From the IMG/VR virus record IMGVR_UViG_3300014208_000024, positions 160,001-224,000 of that record: a DNA stretch of 64,000 bases; one strand, 5' to 3'. This document shows positions 1 through 9,122 of this stretch, piece by piece (position 1 is the first letter of the stretch; each line of letters begins with the position of its first letter). The position numbers and the translations under genes were made by a program. Source of the DNA: a virus. Its lineage: Duplodnaviria; Caudoviricetes. The notes under the pieces are model-generated. The model searched no databases. It was given only the letters and a program-made list of their open reading frames with translations, and was not told the origin of the DNA.

Positions 1-458
1 TCAATTATTTGAAAAAACTGACCTTTATAATTAACATAATCCCCCATTTTAATTTTAGTGATTATTATATTTCCATCTTCTCTTTCAATTAAATCTAATT
101 CTCTTATTTGTTCTAAATATATATGTGCAGTTAAATTACCAAAACCTTTTTTAGTAAGACCACCTTTAGTTTGATAAGAAGGATCAGTTACTTCTACGTT
201 TATTCTACCAAAAATTTCTATTGGAGATAAATAATGTTTTATTTTTGCTTCTCCATATAAAGGATGAACCTTAGTTTTTTTATAATCGATTTTAAATAAG
301 AGAAAACTTGTTTGTAATATTTCCTCAGTAATTTCTCTTCCAGTATTTGTAAAAAAATCTGCCTCTTTATCAGAAAAAAATGTTTTCAAACCCTTTACGT
401 CATGTAAAAGTTTAGATACATCTTCTTGATTTTTTCCTATTTCGTTTATATCAGCCAT
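1..458 (-). CDS. gp14: Neck/head-closure protein, T4 gp14-like (partial, runs off the left edge)
   Basis: Not in the ORF track. My translation from ATG 458 is open to the edge: MADINEIGKNQEDVSKLLHDVKGLKTFFSDKEADFF...FKIDYKKTKVHPLYGEAK...KMGDYVNYKGQFFQII. It lies directly downstream of the gp13-like gene, and the T..HPLYGEA segment fits the gp14/head-closure family. Confidence 0.65.
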   Translation of the reverse strand, partial: MADINEIGKNQEDVSKLLHDVKGLKTFFSDKEADFFTNTGREITEEILQTSFLLFKIDYKKTKVHPLYGEAKIKHYLSPIEIFGRINVEVTDPSYQTKGGLTKKGFGNLTAHIYLEQIRELDLIEREDGNIIITKIKMGDYVNYKGQFFQII

Positions 459-464
459 ATTGTT

Positions 465-1667
465 TTACCACAAATAAAGTCCCATTGGACCATAACTTAA
501 TGCTTTGTTTACATTTTCCTGGACTAAAGCTCTTTTTTCCATGATCTTGTCATAGCTTAATTCTTCCAATTGAAGTTTTAATTCTTCTTTTAAATCTTTT
601 TTATCTTCTCTTGCAGTGGAAATTAAATCATCTTTATTAAGAGTCATTTCTGCATCTGGTATTGGAAGTTGTCCATTAAATTTTCCCCTTATACCTATTC
701 CTAGTAATTCTTTTGACAGTGCTTGGGCATATTTTTTAACCCATGTTTGTGCCATAGAATTTAATTGCATAAAAGATAAATAATTTAGTTTTACTTGAGC
801 TGGAGAAGAAACCAACCCATTTCCTTGATATCCTTGTGATATTTGAGTTTGAGAATATCCTGTCCATCCAGGATTAGCTGAATTTCCAGAATAATCTGGA
901 TTTCCATAATTTCCAGATCTATCATAGTAATAATAAAACACAGTTCCAGGTGTTCCAGCACCCCCTCCAATTCCACCAGCATTATCACCACTTCCTATAC
1001 CATTATTTGGTCTTGGTATTGGATAAAGTGTTAAAACTTTTGTACCATCAGCTCCTGGCCTTATTAAATATGAATATTCAGCTCCTCTAACTCTATTTCT
1101 TAATTCAGCAGCCTGAGCAGTCATAATTGTATCAAAAACTGGCATTACATGATAAAGAGTGTGTCCAGCAAATGAAGCACCGAATTCAGAAAAAGCAATG
1201 TTTGTATTAGCGAATGGATCTAAACCAAATAAATTAATAAAAGAAGGAGTAAACCATAAAACATCGTTTACTTCACGATTTTGTGGAATTATATAATGTT
1301 GTGTTCCAGCAGTTAAAACTATAGATGTTAATTTTAACTCTCTAGTTCCATTAGCACCCAATCCCGCTTGTTCTGCAATAGCTTTTCCGAAACTTTCTTC
1401 AAAATATAAACTATTTGAAACATATTTCATTGTAAAATCTATGTCTGAGGATAAACCTAACATTTCTCCTAATCTATTTACGAGAACCCAATTGTTTATA
1501 TATGTAGAATATTCCTCTATAGATTCACAAATACATTCTTCTATTTGTTCATCTAATAGTTCAACTTGCATTACGGGGGCACCGATTTTCCTTCTTATTC
1601 TATTAATAAGAGAAGTTTTATCAGTTTCTGACATTCCCGAAAGACATCTATCTGTGCAAAATGACAT
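465..1667 (-). CDS. gp13: Neck/head-tail adaptor protein, T4 gp13-like
   Basis: The N-terminus RIRRKIGAPVMQVELLDEQIEECICESIEEY matches the gp13 pattern (RRLGAPV..VE....Q...CI..A.E.Y). The C-terminus WVKKYAQALSKELLG...KF.GQLP...MTLN...L also fits. Located in the head module. Confidence 0.8.
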   Translation of the reverse strand: MSFCTDRCLSGMSETDKTSLINRIRRKIGAPVMQVELLDEQIEECICESIEEYSTYINNWVLVNRLGEMLGLSSDIDFTMKYVSNSLYFEESFGKAIAEQAGLGANGTRELKLTSIVLTAGTQHYIIPQNREVNDVLWFTPSFINLFGLDPFANTNIAFSEFGASFAGHTLYHVMPVFDTIMTAQAAELRNRVRGAEYSYLIRPGADGTKVLTLYPIPRPNNGIGSGDNAGGIGGGAGTPGTVFYYYYDRSGNYGNPDYSGNSANPGWTGYSQTQISQGYQGNGLVSSPAQVKLNYLSFMQLNSMAQTWVKKYAQALSKELLGIGIRGKFNGQLPIPDAEMTLNKDDLISTAREDKKDLKEELKLQLEELSYDKIMEKRALVQENVNKALSYGPMGLYLW

Positions 1668-1685
1668 AGTGATTTTTATTTAAAA

Positions 1686-1973
1686 TTAATATCTGTAGTA
1701 AGGTTTTTGACTTCCAGGTTGGTTTTGATTTTTAAAACCAACAAACAATCCACTAGAAACAATACAGCTTCCCAATAATATATCTATTGATTGTCCAGGA
1801 GTTGCTCCCCAAGCGAATGTTCCACCACCCAATGCGGTCATTGAAATTGTACCAGCGCTTACGCAAAATACTTGATGAACTGTTGTTGCTGAAAAACCAT
1901 CACCTAAAGTTGATGCTGTGTATGAACCAGCAGGTAGAATTTTTGCTTCATAATTTGTATTAAAAGTTGCCAT
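1686..1973 (-). CDS. Small beta-rich late protein, candidate capsid decoration/spike-base protein (start revised to ATG 1973, 95 aa)
   Basis: MATFNTNY... start has an A-rich leader and a TATTTATA motif about 15 nt upstream. The ORF-track extension to 2024 crosses a terminator hairpin. Confidence 0.6.
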   Translation of the reverse strand: MATFNTNYEAKILPAGSYTASTLGDGFSATTVHQVFCVSAGTISMTALGGGTFAWGATPGQSIDILLGSCIVSSGLFVGFKNQNQPGSQKPYYRY

Positions 1974-1987
1974 AAAATTATTTTTTT

Positions 1988-1997
1988 TATAAATAGT
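1988..1997 (-). promoter_or_regulatory. Putative late promoter motif ACTATTTATA
   Basis: Sense-strand TATTTATA about 15 nt upstream of ATG 1973. The same motif recurs upstream of many virion genes. Confidence 0.6.
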
Positions 1998-2007
1998 TAT
2001 AAAATAT

Positions 2008-2034
2008 AAAAGCCCAACAAACAAATGGGCTTTT
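2008..2034. terminator. Intrinsic terminator hairpin
   Basis: AAAAGCCCA-acaaacaaa-TGGGCTTTT, downstream of the homing endonuclease gene. Confidence 0.75.
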
Positions 2035-2061
2035 ATAAAAATAGTTTTATGATGTTAAAAA

Positions 2062-3558
2062 TTAAAGTATAAGTTCATATTTAAATTTTCCACAATCCCA
2101 AATTCTATCATATTTTAACATTTGCATCATTTCCCATTCTGTTTTTTTTTCGTCATAAATTTCTGGAAATTTCTTTTTTAATGATGATTTTCCAAAAGAG
2201 AATTTGTGAAATCTTTTAAATCTACTAACTTTAGAATTATAATATGTATAGTCAGGTTTAAGAATTTGTGTTAATATAAATCCCGTCTTTGTATATAAAT
2301 TATTTTCTTTATTTAATGTCCATCTTCTATCGGCAAAACTTATTATTTTATTGGGATTATAATTTTTTATAAAAAATTTTAATATCTTACCAAAAATTCC
2401 AGGAACATTATAATTAAAATTTACACAGAATCTTTTAAGCTCAAACAAATCATTGTTTTTATTTTTTCCGTTCATTTGTCTTATATTGTCAAACGTCATT
2501 ACTGCAATTAATTCATTATTAAAAAAAGCACCTAATTTTATATTTGATTTATCTTCTCCTTGAATATGATATTTATTTAAAAAGATATCTTTTTCAATAG
2601 AATTTAATTCTTTTATTTGGCAACTTCTTGCATGAATATTTTTAAGATTTGATTTTTGAAATATATGTTTTAATTTATTTTTTACTATTTCATTTTTTAG
2701 TTCCCATTCATCTTCTGTAATGTGTATAAGAAAATAACCTTTTTTATTCATTAAATTTGTTTTATTTAAATGAAAATTTTTTAATTTACCTCCATAATTT
2801 TCGGTATGATATAAGTTTCCATTAAATTCTATTCCTATTTTATTTGTATGATTTATTATATCTATTTCTACACCACTTAAAAATTTTCTATTATTATTAT
2901 CAAAATCTATATTTAAAGAAGTTAAAAATTGTTTAAGTGAAATTTCAGGTTTTGATATATATGAATTTTTTATTTTTGTAGTGGCATTTTTTAAATTTTT
3001 TGAGGTTCTTTTTATAAATGATTGAGAATGATAAACTTCATTTGGATACATTTCTTTATATTTTTCTAAGTCTATTTTGTGTTTTTTTAAGTGTGTATTT
3101 GTTAATGTTTTTAATTTTTTATCACATATTTTACAAATAACATAATTATCTTTATTAGATAACATCTTTTCTTTATTTTTTTTGTTATCAACAAATGTTT
3201 TAAAAAGAAATTTTTCTTCTGGAAATTTTTTTAAATATTGTTCTGTATCTAAATTGTGATGTTTTAATAAATGTATTGTATATTGTCCTGAATTGTTGTT
3301 AATATCTTTGGTTTCCCAATTACAAAACTTACACTTTTTTAACTCTATTTCCTTTTCAATTTTTTTAATATCAAAATATTGTTCATGCCAAAATTTACCA
3401 GTATCTATTTTATATTTTCTTTTTATAAAATTAGATGGATGAATTAAATCTGGGTATATTTTTTTTATATGTTCTGTTAATACACCAGATGAATTTTTAT
3501 AGTCTTTAAAAACTTTTTTTGTTTTTTTACATGTTGCAACTATATATTCTTTTTTCAT
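2062..3558 (-). mobile_element. Free-standing homing endonuclease (Zn-finger repeats + PD-(D/E)xK domain + GNAT-like C-terminus; Hef-like architecture)
   Basis: C2H2-like fingers CKFCNW..HLLKHH and CKICDK..THLKKH. Nuclease motif EIDIINHTNKIGIEFNGNLYH. C-terminus ELKRFC...FADRRW...RIWDCGKFKY. Lys-rich, more AT-rich than its neighbours, and inserted between the capsid and neck genes. Confidence 0.75.
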
Positions 3559-3589
3559 AATGATATTTTTTATATTATACGTTTTTTAT

Positions 3590-3600
3590 TATAAATAGTT
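3590..3600 (-). promoter_or_regulatory. Putative late promoter motif AACTATTTATA
   Basis: About 32 nt upstream of the endonuclease ATG (3558). Confidence 0.55.
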
Positions 3601-3643
3601 ATAAAAAAAGTCAAAACACCTAATTTAGGAATTAAATTTAATT

Positions 3644-3676
3644 AAAAAAAAGAGGCTGAAAAATCAGCCTCTCTTT
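3644..3676 (-). terminator. Intrinsic terminator after the major capsid gene
   Basis: AGAGGCTGA-aaaa-TCAGCCTCT perfect stem with a poly-A run on the + strand (U-tract on the minus transcript). Confidence 0.85.
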
Positions 3677-3692
3677 ATTATAACTACTCAGA

Positions 3693-5375
3693 TTAGTAAG
3701 TATTGATGTTGTCAATGTAGATAACACCGTAGAACCTGTTGTTAACCATTTTCTTAGCGTAACGGGTCATGATACCTTTACGAGGTGTGAAGTCGTTAGG
3801 ATCAGTGATAGTTTGTGTTAATTGCAATGGAATATAAGGTGCATAGATGTAACCTGCTTCAAGGAAGGTGTTACCTTTATGTCCTAAGATTACCAAAGAT
3901 GCTGGTAAATAAGGATCTTTGTATACTACGTAACGTGAACCTAAGTTTCCAATTTTCTCAACTCCCAAGTTGTATTTTTCAGATTCTGGAGAAGCTGAAG
4001 TATCTACGTGGAAATATTCGAGATCATCAAAAATTGCTCCTGCTTCAGCAGAACAAACTACCCAGTTTGCACCACCACGAAGAGTTGCTTTGTGGATTTG
4101 TGCAGAAAGTTCGTTAATTCTAGTGATAAGAGTTTGATTCCAGTCTTTCTGTGTTCCAAAGAAGTTAGCGTTATTAGCTAAACCTTGGTAATCCCAACGA
4201 GCACGGAAAGGAGCTTGGTTTGCAATGTCAATAATAATTTCCCTGTCAATTTCAGCAGCAACGTGCTCTGATAACAAAGCTGTTAATTCAGCTTCAGCAT
4301 CAATTGAGTGGTATGCTTCTAAGTCTTGAGCTAATTCAGGAGTCCAATGTGCACGTAATTTACGTGTAATTGTGTTAACAGTTACAGATGAAAATCTCAA
4401 TGTGATTTCAGACATTTCTGACTTACCTTCAAGATCATTGTAAATTTCAAAAGCAGCATTAAAAGGAACTGCAAAAACAGAACCAAATGAACCAGCACCG
4501 TTATTTAACATATCTGTGTTAAAATCTGTACCAATTACTGAAGCTGGTCTTAAGTCAAACACTATATTTGCTAAACCGCTATCAAATTGATCAAGACCCC
4601 ATTGTTGCATTTGTGAGAAATAAGGAATACTTCCACCGTTAGCAACAATAAGAATGTTTTGTGAACCTGCACTGTAATAAATTGCTGTTTGAGCAGAAAA
4701 TCTTACAGTTGCGCTTGATTGTTGTTTGGAAATGTTAAAATCGTTTCCTAACCATGTAGTAACAGCTTTTAAACCATTAGCAAAATTACTTCCGCTTAAT
4801 ACTGTAGCAGGAGTATTTGAACTATTTGTATAAGCATGTGTTACTGTTTCACCAGTACCAAATGATAAGTCAAAACCACGGTTATTATAGAATCTTTCGT
4901 AAGCTGTTGTGCTTGCAAAATTAGGACCTGCATTTCCATTAGCTGTATTTGCAGGAGCTACGATACTTCTTTTACCGTTTGCAGTTTGCCATGCAGTTTC
5001 GTGAGAAATACCAGTTTGTTGTGTACTGTCTGTACCAGCAAAAGATACTCTTGCATCCATGTAGAATAAAAGACCTGAAGGCAATGCTAAAGGTTGTACA
5101 GATACGATTTCATTAGCTAAAAGACGAGAAAAAACTCTACGTACAATTGGAAAAGCTACTGTATCAAATCTACCTGCTGATGCATCCAATGTTACTTCAT
5201 TTAACATGTGGTGTGCTTGGTTTTCTAAAAGTTGTGCAATGTTAGTTTTCTTCATACCTTGAAGGTTTTCTAGAAGACCAGATTCACTCCAGTTTCTAAC
5301 GATTGCTTTTCTTTGTTCGGCGAGGTCTTTGAAAACTGTGAGACCTACTTTACCGCTGTTTAATAATTCACCCAT
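3693..5375 (-). CDS. gp23: Major capsid protein, T4 gp23-like (HK97 fold)
   Basis: gp23-family motifs: FPIVRRVF..LLANEIVSVQPL..PSGLLFY, TRKLRAHWTPELAQDLEAYHSIDAEAELTALLSEHVAAEIDREII, and YIYAPYIPLQ...DFTPRKGIMTRY. Confidence 0.95.
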   Translation of the reverse strand: MGELLNSGKVGLTVFKDLAEQRKAIVRNWSESGLLENLQGMKKTNIAQLLENQAHHMLNEVTLDASAGRFDTVAFPIVRRVFSRLLANEIVSVQPLALPSGLLFYMDARVSFAGTDSTQQTGISHETAWQTANGKRSIVAPANTANGNAGPNFASTTAYERFYNNRGFDLSFGTGETVTHAYTNSSNTPATVLSGSNFANGLKAVTTWLGNDFNISKQQSSATVRFSAQTAIYYSAGSQNILIVANGGSIPYFSQMQQWGLDQFDSGLANIVFDLRPASVIGTDFNTDMLNNGAGSFGSVFAVPFNAAFEIYNDLEGKSEMSEITLRFSSVTVNTITRKLRAHWTPELAQDLEAYHSIDAEAELTALLSEHVAAEIDREIIIDIANQAPFRARWDYQGLANNANFFGTQKDWNQTLITRINELSAQIHKATLRGGANWVVCSAEAGAIFDDLEYFHVDTSASPESEKYNLGVEKIGNLGSRYVVYKDPYLPASLVILGHKGNTFLEAGYIYAPYIPLQLTQTITDPNDFTPRKGIMTRYAKKMVNNRFYGVIYIDNINTY

Positions 5376-5414
5376 TTTTTTAATTTTTTGTTGTTTGTTT
5401 ATTTGTTTGAAAAC

Positions 5415-5425
5415 TATAAATAGTT
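5415..5425 (-). promoter_or_regulatory. Putative late promoter motif AACTATTTATA upstream of the major capsid gene
   Basis: Sense-strand motif about 40 nt upstream of ATG 5375. Confidence 0.65.
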
Positions 5426-5439
5426 AAAATTTTTTGAAA

Positions 5440-6804
5440 TTAGATATAGTCTTCATTTTTTTCGATTCCTGCTAAAACTTTTCTGCGTTTCATTTCAGCG
5501 CTTTCATATACTACTTCTTTTGCTTTCACTGTATTAGTGATAGTAGCTTTGATTTTTGAAGAATTGTCTTTAACAACAACTATTTTGTTTTCTTCCAAAA
5601 TTTTATTGTAAAGTTTTTTTTCTTCTTCTACAGTTTGAGTTTTATCAAACTCTTCTGCAATTCTAGCTTTGTCTGTTGTAGATAATCCACCGCTTGCAAA
5701 AATTTTATTAGCATAAGCTAATTTTGCATTGAAAGTTTGCATTTCGTCGAATTGTTTTCTTAAATCTTTAAAAGATTCCTGATAGTTTTTTATAACTTCA
5801 CTGAATTCTTTATTAGATTCGTTTAAACGTTTGTTTTCCTTTAATAGCTCGTCTATTTTAGACTCATTTTGAGCTTTTTTATTTTCATTAACAGGCATCG
5901 AAGATGTCTGTCTACTTCTATTTTTTACTGCGATTTCAGGACCAACACTTGTTCCTGTTGTTTTTTGTACTGAATTAGATTGTCCCATCATTTTAACTTC
6001 ATCTAATTCTTCTTCAGCTGTAGGTAAATCTATTTTTGGAAGTGATTTTTTCCAATCTGGTTTTTCACTTGTTATATCTGATAAAGCTAATTCTTTTGCT
6101 TCAGGATCATCATCTATTGTGAAATATTCTTCATCTTCTGGAATATCAAATTCCATCATATTTTCACCCATATTATTAATTTCTTCTAAAGAAAATTCTA
6201 ACAATTCATCCTCTTGAACTGGAGCTGGAGCAGGAGCAGGAGCTGGTGCTGGAACTTCTGTTGGAACTTCACTCGCTGGATTTGCTGCTGTTTCATCATC
6301 TATATAATCTACATCTACTCCTTGTTCACTTCCAGATTCTCCACCACTTACTTTTTTATCAATAATTTTATCAATAAGTTGTGCAAGTTCTAAAACATCA
6401 TTATCAACAGGATTAGTTTCTTCTGGAGCTGGAGCTGTTGAGTCACCCATTGGAGTTGCTTCTGGTGATTGTGGTTGGTCTTGTTCGATTGTTATCATTT
6501 CATCTATGTTTTTTTCAATTTCAATTTCTTCATCATCATCAAAATGACTTTCATCATTTTCTTCATTATCGTGTGTTGTCATATCTTCAACTTCTACTTC
6601 ACCATCATTTGTTAATTCAACAACTTTTTCATCTTTAGCTACAGTTATATTATTTTCATCATCAATTTCAATAGATAAAGATTCTTTTAAAATTTTTTCA
6701 ATCTTATCATTAATTTCGTTTTCAAATTCTTTTTTTGCAGCTTCAGTCGCAAATTTTTTAATTTCTTGATAATTAACTTTTGCTTCTTCTAATGATGTTT
6801 TCAT
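5440..6804 (-). CDS. Prohead scaffolding/core protein (gp22-like by position)
   Basis: Acidic, coiled-coil-rich protein between the protease and capsid genes. C-terminal segment N+KL.YANK+F...GL....K..I.E.FD...T.EE.K.LY..I is typical of T4-like scaffolds. Contains an APAPAPAPAP linker. Confidence 0.7.
   Translation of the reverse strand: MKTSLEEAKVNYQEIKKFATEAAKKEFENEINDKIEKILKESLSIEIDDENNITVAKDEKVVELTNDGEVEVEDMTTHDNEENDESHFDDDEEIEIEKNIDEMITIEQDQPQSPEATPMGDSTAPAPEETNPVDNDVLELAQLIDKIIDKKVSGGESGSEQGVDVDYIDDETAANPASEVPTEVPAPAPAPAPAPVQEDELLEFSLEEINNMGENMMEFDIPEDEEYFTIDDDPEAKELALSDITSEKPDWKKSLPKIDLPTAEEELDEVKMMGQSNSVQKTTGTSVGPEIAVKNRSRQTSSMPVNENKKAQNESKIDELLKENKRLNESNKEFSEVIKNYQESFKDLRKQFDEMQTFNAKLAYANKIFASGGLSTTDKARIAEEFDKTQTVEEEKKLYNKILEENKIVVVKDNSSKIKATITNTVKAKEVVYESAEMKRRKVLAGIEKNEDYI
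6220..6253 (-). repeat. 6-bp coding microrepeat (Ala-Pro)n
   Basis: ggagct/ggagca units encode PAPAPAPAPAP in the scaffold protein. Confidence 0.8.
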
Positions 6805-6864
6805 AGTTTTATTCTTTATGACTTTTTAATAAATATGAAAAAAAATATAAAAATTAATTTTTAT

Positions 6865-7605
6865 CTATATTTTTTTCCAAAATTCGTTATTAGATAATTT
6901 ATAAAGTTTTTCATATCCCTCACACATGCAATTTTCAGGTGTAATTATTTTTGGTGTTTCAGGAACAATTATTTTTGATTCATCAATCATATCTGTCATT
7001 CTACAAACACCATTTTGACATATCCATTTAATTTTTTTATACTGTTGTTCAGTAATTGGAGTCATCCCCCAATTTCTTCCTTCTTTAAATAAATATGCAC
7101 CAGGAGTTGATGGAGATGAAACAAAATCAAATGCAATTAATTCAAAATCATTTTGTACTATATCTTCGCCTTTTACAGTTTTTACAGAACCAACTCCTCT
7201 AGAAGAAATTCCAAGCATTACATTACTTTTCATTAATCCTCTTAATCTTCTTGCATCATCGCAATCTGGATCTAAAATTTCAACTTTACCATATAGTTCT
7301 TCACCTTGCCACCACATATCAATTACTTTGTGAGAAGATTGTCTTAAACTTACAACAGCACTATCGGGATGATCTAATTCTCCTAATGCTCTACCTTCTT
7401 CAACTGCTTCCATATATTTTGTTGCTTCTCTTCTAAGAATATCATATGGATAAACTCTACCATTTCTATTAAGCGTATTAGCTTTTTGTAAAATTCCACT
7501 TAATACTATTGGTTCATCTTTTTGTATTGCTTCTTTTATGAGTTTAACATTTGGTTTAAACTTATAAAATTCTCTAATAATATAATATTTACTATCTTGT
7601 TCCAT
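6865..7605 (-). CDS. gp21: Prohead core protease, T4 gp21-like
   Basis: Motifs GILQKA...NRNGRVYP, ALGELDHPD (catalytic His), GISSRGVGS (catalytic Ser) and FDFVSSPSTPGA. Confidence 0.92.
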   Translation of the reverse strand: MEQDSKYYIIREFYKFKPNVKLIKEAIQKDEPIVLSGILQKANTLNRNGRVYPYDILRREATKYMEAVEEGRALGELDHPDSAVVSLRQSSHKVIDMWWQGEELYGKVEILDPDCDDARRLRGLMKSNVMLGISSRGVGSVKTVKGEDIVQNDFELIAFDFVSSPSTPGAYLFKEGRNWGMTPITEQQYKKIKWICQNGVCRMTDMIDESKIIVPETPKIITPENCMCEGYEKLYKLSNNEFWKKI

Positions 7606-7640
7606 TATGTGTAATGTATTTTCATATAAATATTATAAAA

Positions 7641-7672
7641 TTTGATAATTGCGATTTTTTTTATTATATTTT
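7641..7672 (+). promoter_or_regulatory. Bacteroidota-type sigma70 promoter (variant)
   Basis: TTTG (7641-7644), 20-nt spacer, TATATTTT (7665-7672), upstream of ATG 7689. Confidence 0.5.
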
Positions 7673-7688
7673 TAAAAAACAGAAATAA

Positions 7689-8180
7689 ATGAACAAAAGA
7701 ACTGCAAGAGAAATAATTGTAAAAGATGAATTTTTAAATAATAATCAAATTAATGTAAAAATAGGTACCGTCGAAAACAGGGATTATCCTCAAACTATTT
7801 ACATTAATATAAGTTTCTGGATTAAGCCGAAAAAAGAAAATGTGGAAAGAAATTTTCTTGAGGGAAAATTAAAAAATATTTTAAATAACAAACTTGTAAA
7901 TTTTTTAAATAAAAATTATTTTTTTCCATATGAAAAAGAAAATATATACATTTATAATATTCCAGAAAATTTTAATTATAACAATAAATTTAATTTCATC
8001 TCATTGGAAATTTATCTTCACACATTAAATATAAAATCAGAAAAAAAATTTCCATTGAACATTAAAAAAAACACTGAATTATTTGAAGAATGTAAAAAAT
8101 TATCAAATTTTTTAGGGAATGAATTAAAAAAAATAGACAATATTTTTTATGTAAGAAAAAATTCAAAATCAAAAGAATAA
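7689..8180 (+). CDS. Hypothetical protein
   Basis: 163-aa ORF with its own promoter-like element and a downstream terminator. No motif recognised. Confidence 0.7.
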   Translation: MNKRTAREIIVKDEFLNNNQINVKIGTVENRDYPQTIYINISFWIKPKKENVERNFLEGKLKNILNNKLVNFLNKNYFFPYEKENIYIYNIPENFNYNNKFNFISLEIYLHTLNIKSEKKFPLNIKKNTELFEECKKLSNFLGNELKKIDNIFYVRKNSKSKE

Positions 8181-8206
8181 AAAAGCCCCAGTTTTTTGGG
8201 CTTTTT
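8180..8206. terminator. Bidirectional intrinsic terminator
   Basis: AAAAAGCCC-cagtttttt-GGGCTTTTT between convergent genes. Confidence 0.85.
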
Positions 8207-8208
8207 AT

Positions 8209-9021
8209 TTACATGTTTTTTAAATTATTTTTTAGTTCAGAATAAGATAAAATAAAATCATCTGCACTATATGTATCATAAGATCGAGAAATTTTTAATT
8301 TTTCTTTAAATCCTTCTAAAATTTTAATTCTTTCAAAATCTTTAGATTCTTTTAACATTCCATCAATAAGTTCAATATTTTCTTTTCTTAAATCTTCAAT
8401 ATGATTTATTTTTTTATTATCATCAGCCAGTAACATTGATAAAACTCTTTTCTCATCTTCATTTAAATGTTCATATCTTTCATTAAAATTATTTATAGCT
8501 AATTTTGTAATGAATTTCCAATTTTTTAAATCAGGGTTATCAATTTTTTCTTTAGAAGATTCTTTTATATCTGTTTTTCTTGTTAAATATTCTAAAACAC
8601 ATTCATAAGCTTGTTGTTCAGATTCCATGTTTGAAAAGTTTGGTTTTGTAATTGATTCAATTAATGAATGAATACTATTAAATAAATTATCTTTTTTTCC
8701 ACCAGTTGATTCAACATGACTATTTTCAAGTAAAGAAATTCTTATTTTTTTATTTTCATTAATAACATCTTGCCATTTTATTCCCTTCAATAAACTTAAA
8801 TTCTGACTTATAAATCTTTCTGCTAATCTTTCTTTTTCGAAAGGTTTACTGTCTTCTAAATTTTTAAATACATAATGTTGTTTTAATAAAACTGGACTTT
8901 TTTTCACTATTTCGGTAAATTTTTTAAGAGTATTACTTGTACTTTCTTTTAATATTTCTTGTGACGAAAGTCTTGTAATAGAATCTCTTATGGCTCCAAA
9001 GTTTAAAGTAACATCTTTCAT
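8209..9021 (-). CDS. Hypothetical late protein, possible prohead core component
   Basis: 270-aa helical protein with a TCTATTTATA motif upstream (9038-9047) and several I/L-x-E sites (ILKES, LLENS, IKES, MLKES). Confidence 0.6.
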   Translation of the reverse strand: MKDVTLNFGAIRDSITRLSSQEILKESTSNTLKKFTEIVKKSPVLLKQHYVFKNLEDSKPFEKERLAERFISQNLSLLKGIKWQDVINENKKIRISLLENSHVESTGGKKDNLFNSIHSLIESITKPNFSNMESEQQAYECVLEYLTRKTDIKESSKEKIDNPDLKNWKFITKLAINNFNERYEHLNEDEKRVLSMLLADDNKKINHIEDLRKENIELIDGMLKESKDFERIKILEGFKEKLKISRSYDTYSADDFILSYSELKNNLKNM

Positions 9022-9077
9022 TTTGTTAAAGTTTTAATATAAATAGATAAAAATTATGAGTTTTAAAAAAATATACT

Positions 9078-9085
9078 TATATTTG
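9078..9085 (+). promoter_or_regulatory. Bacteroidota -7 promoter element TATATTTG
   Basis: Exact TAnnTTTG match upstream of the vWA gene. The -33 element is weak. Confidence 0.55.
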
Positions 9086-9122
9086 CCTTTAAATATAATG
9101 TTTAATTAAAAATTATTATAAC

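Noticed and set aside
3693-5375. Intron or intein in the major capsid gene
   Set aside because: The ORF is continuous with no intein splice motifs. The variable middle region is consistent with a gp23 insertion domain.
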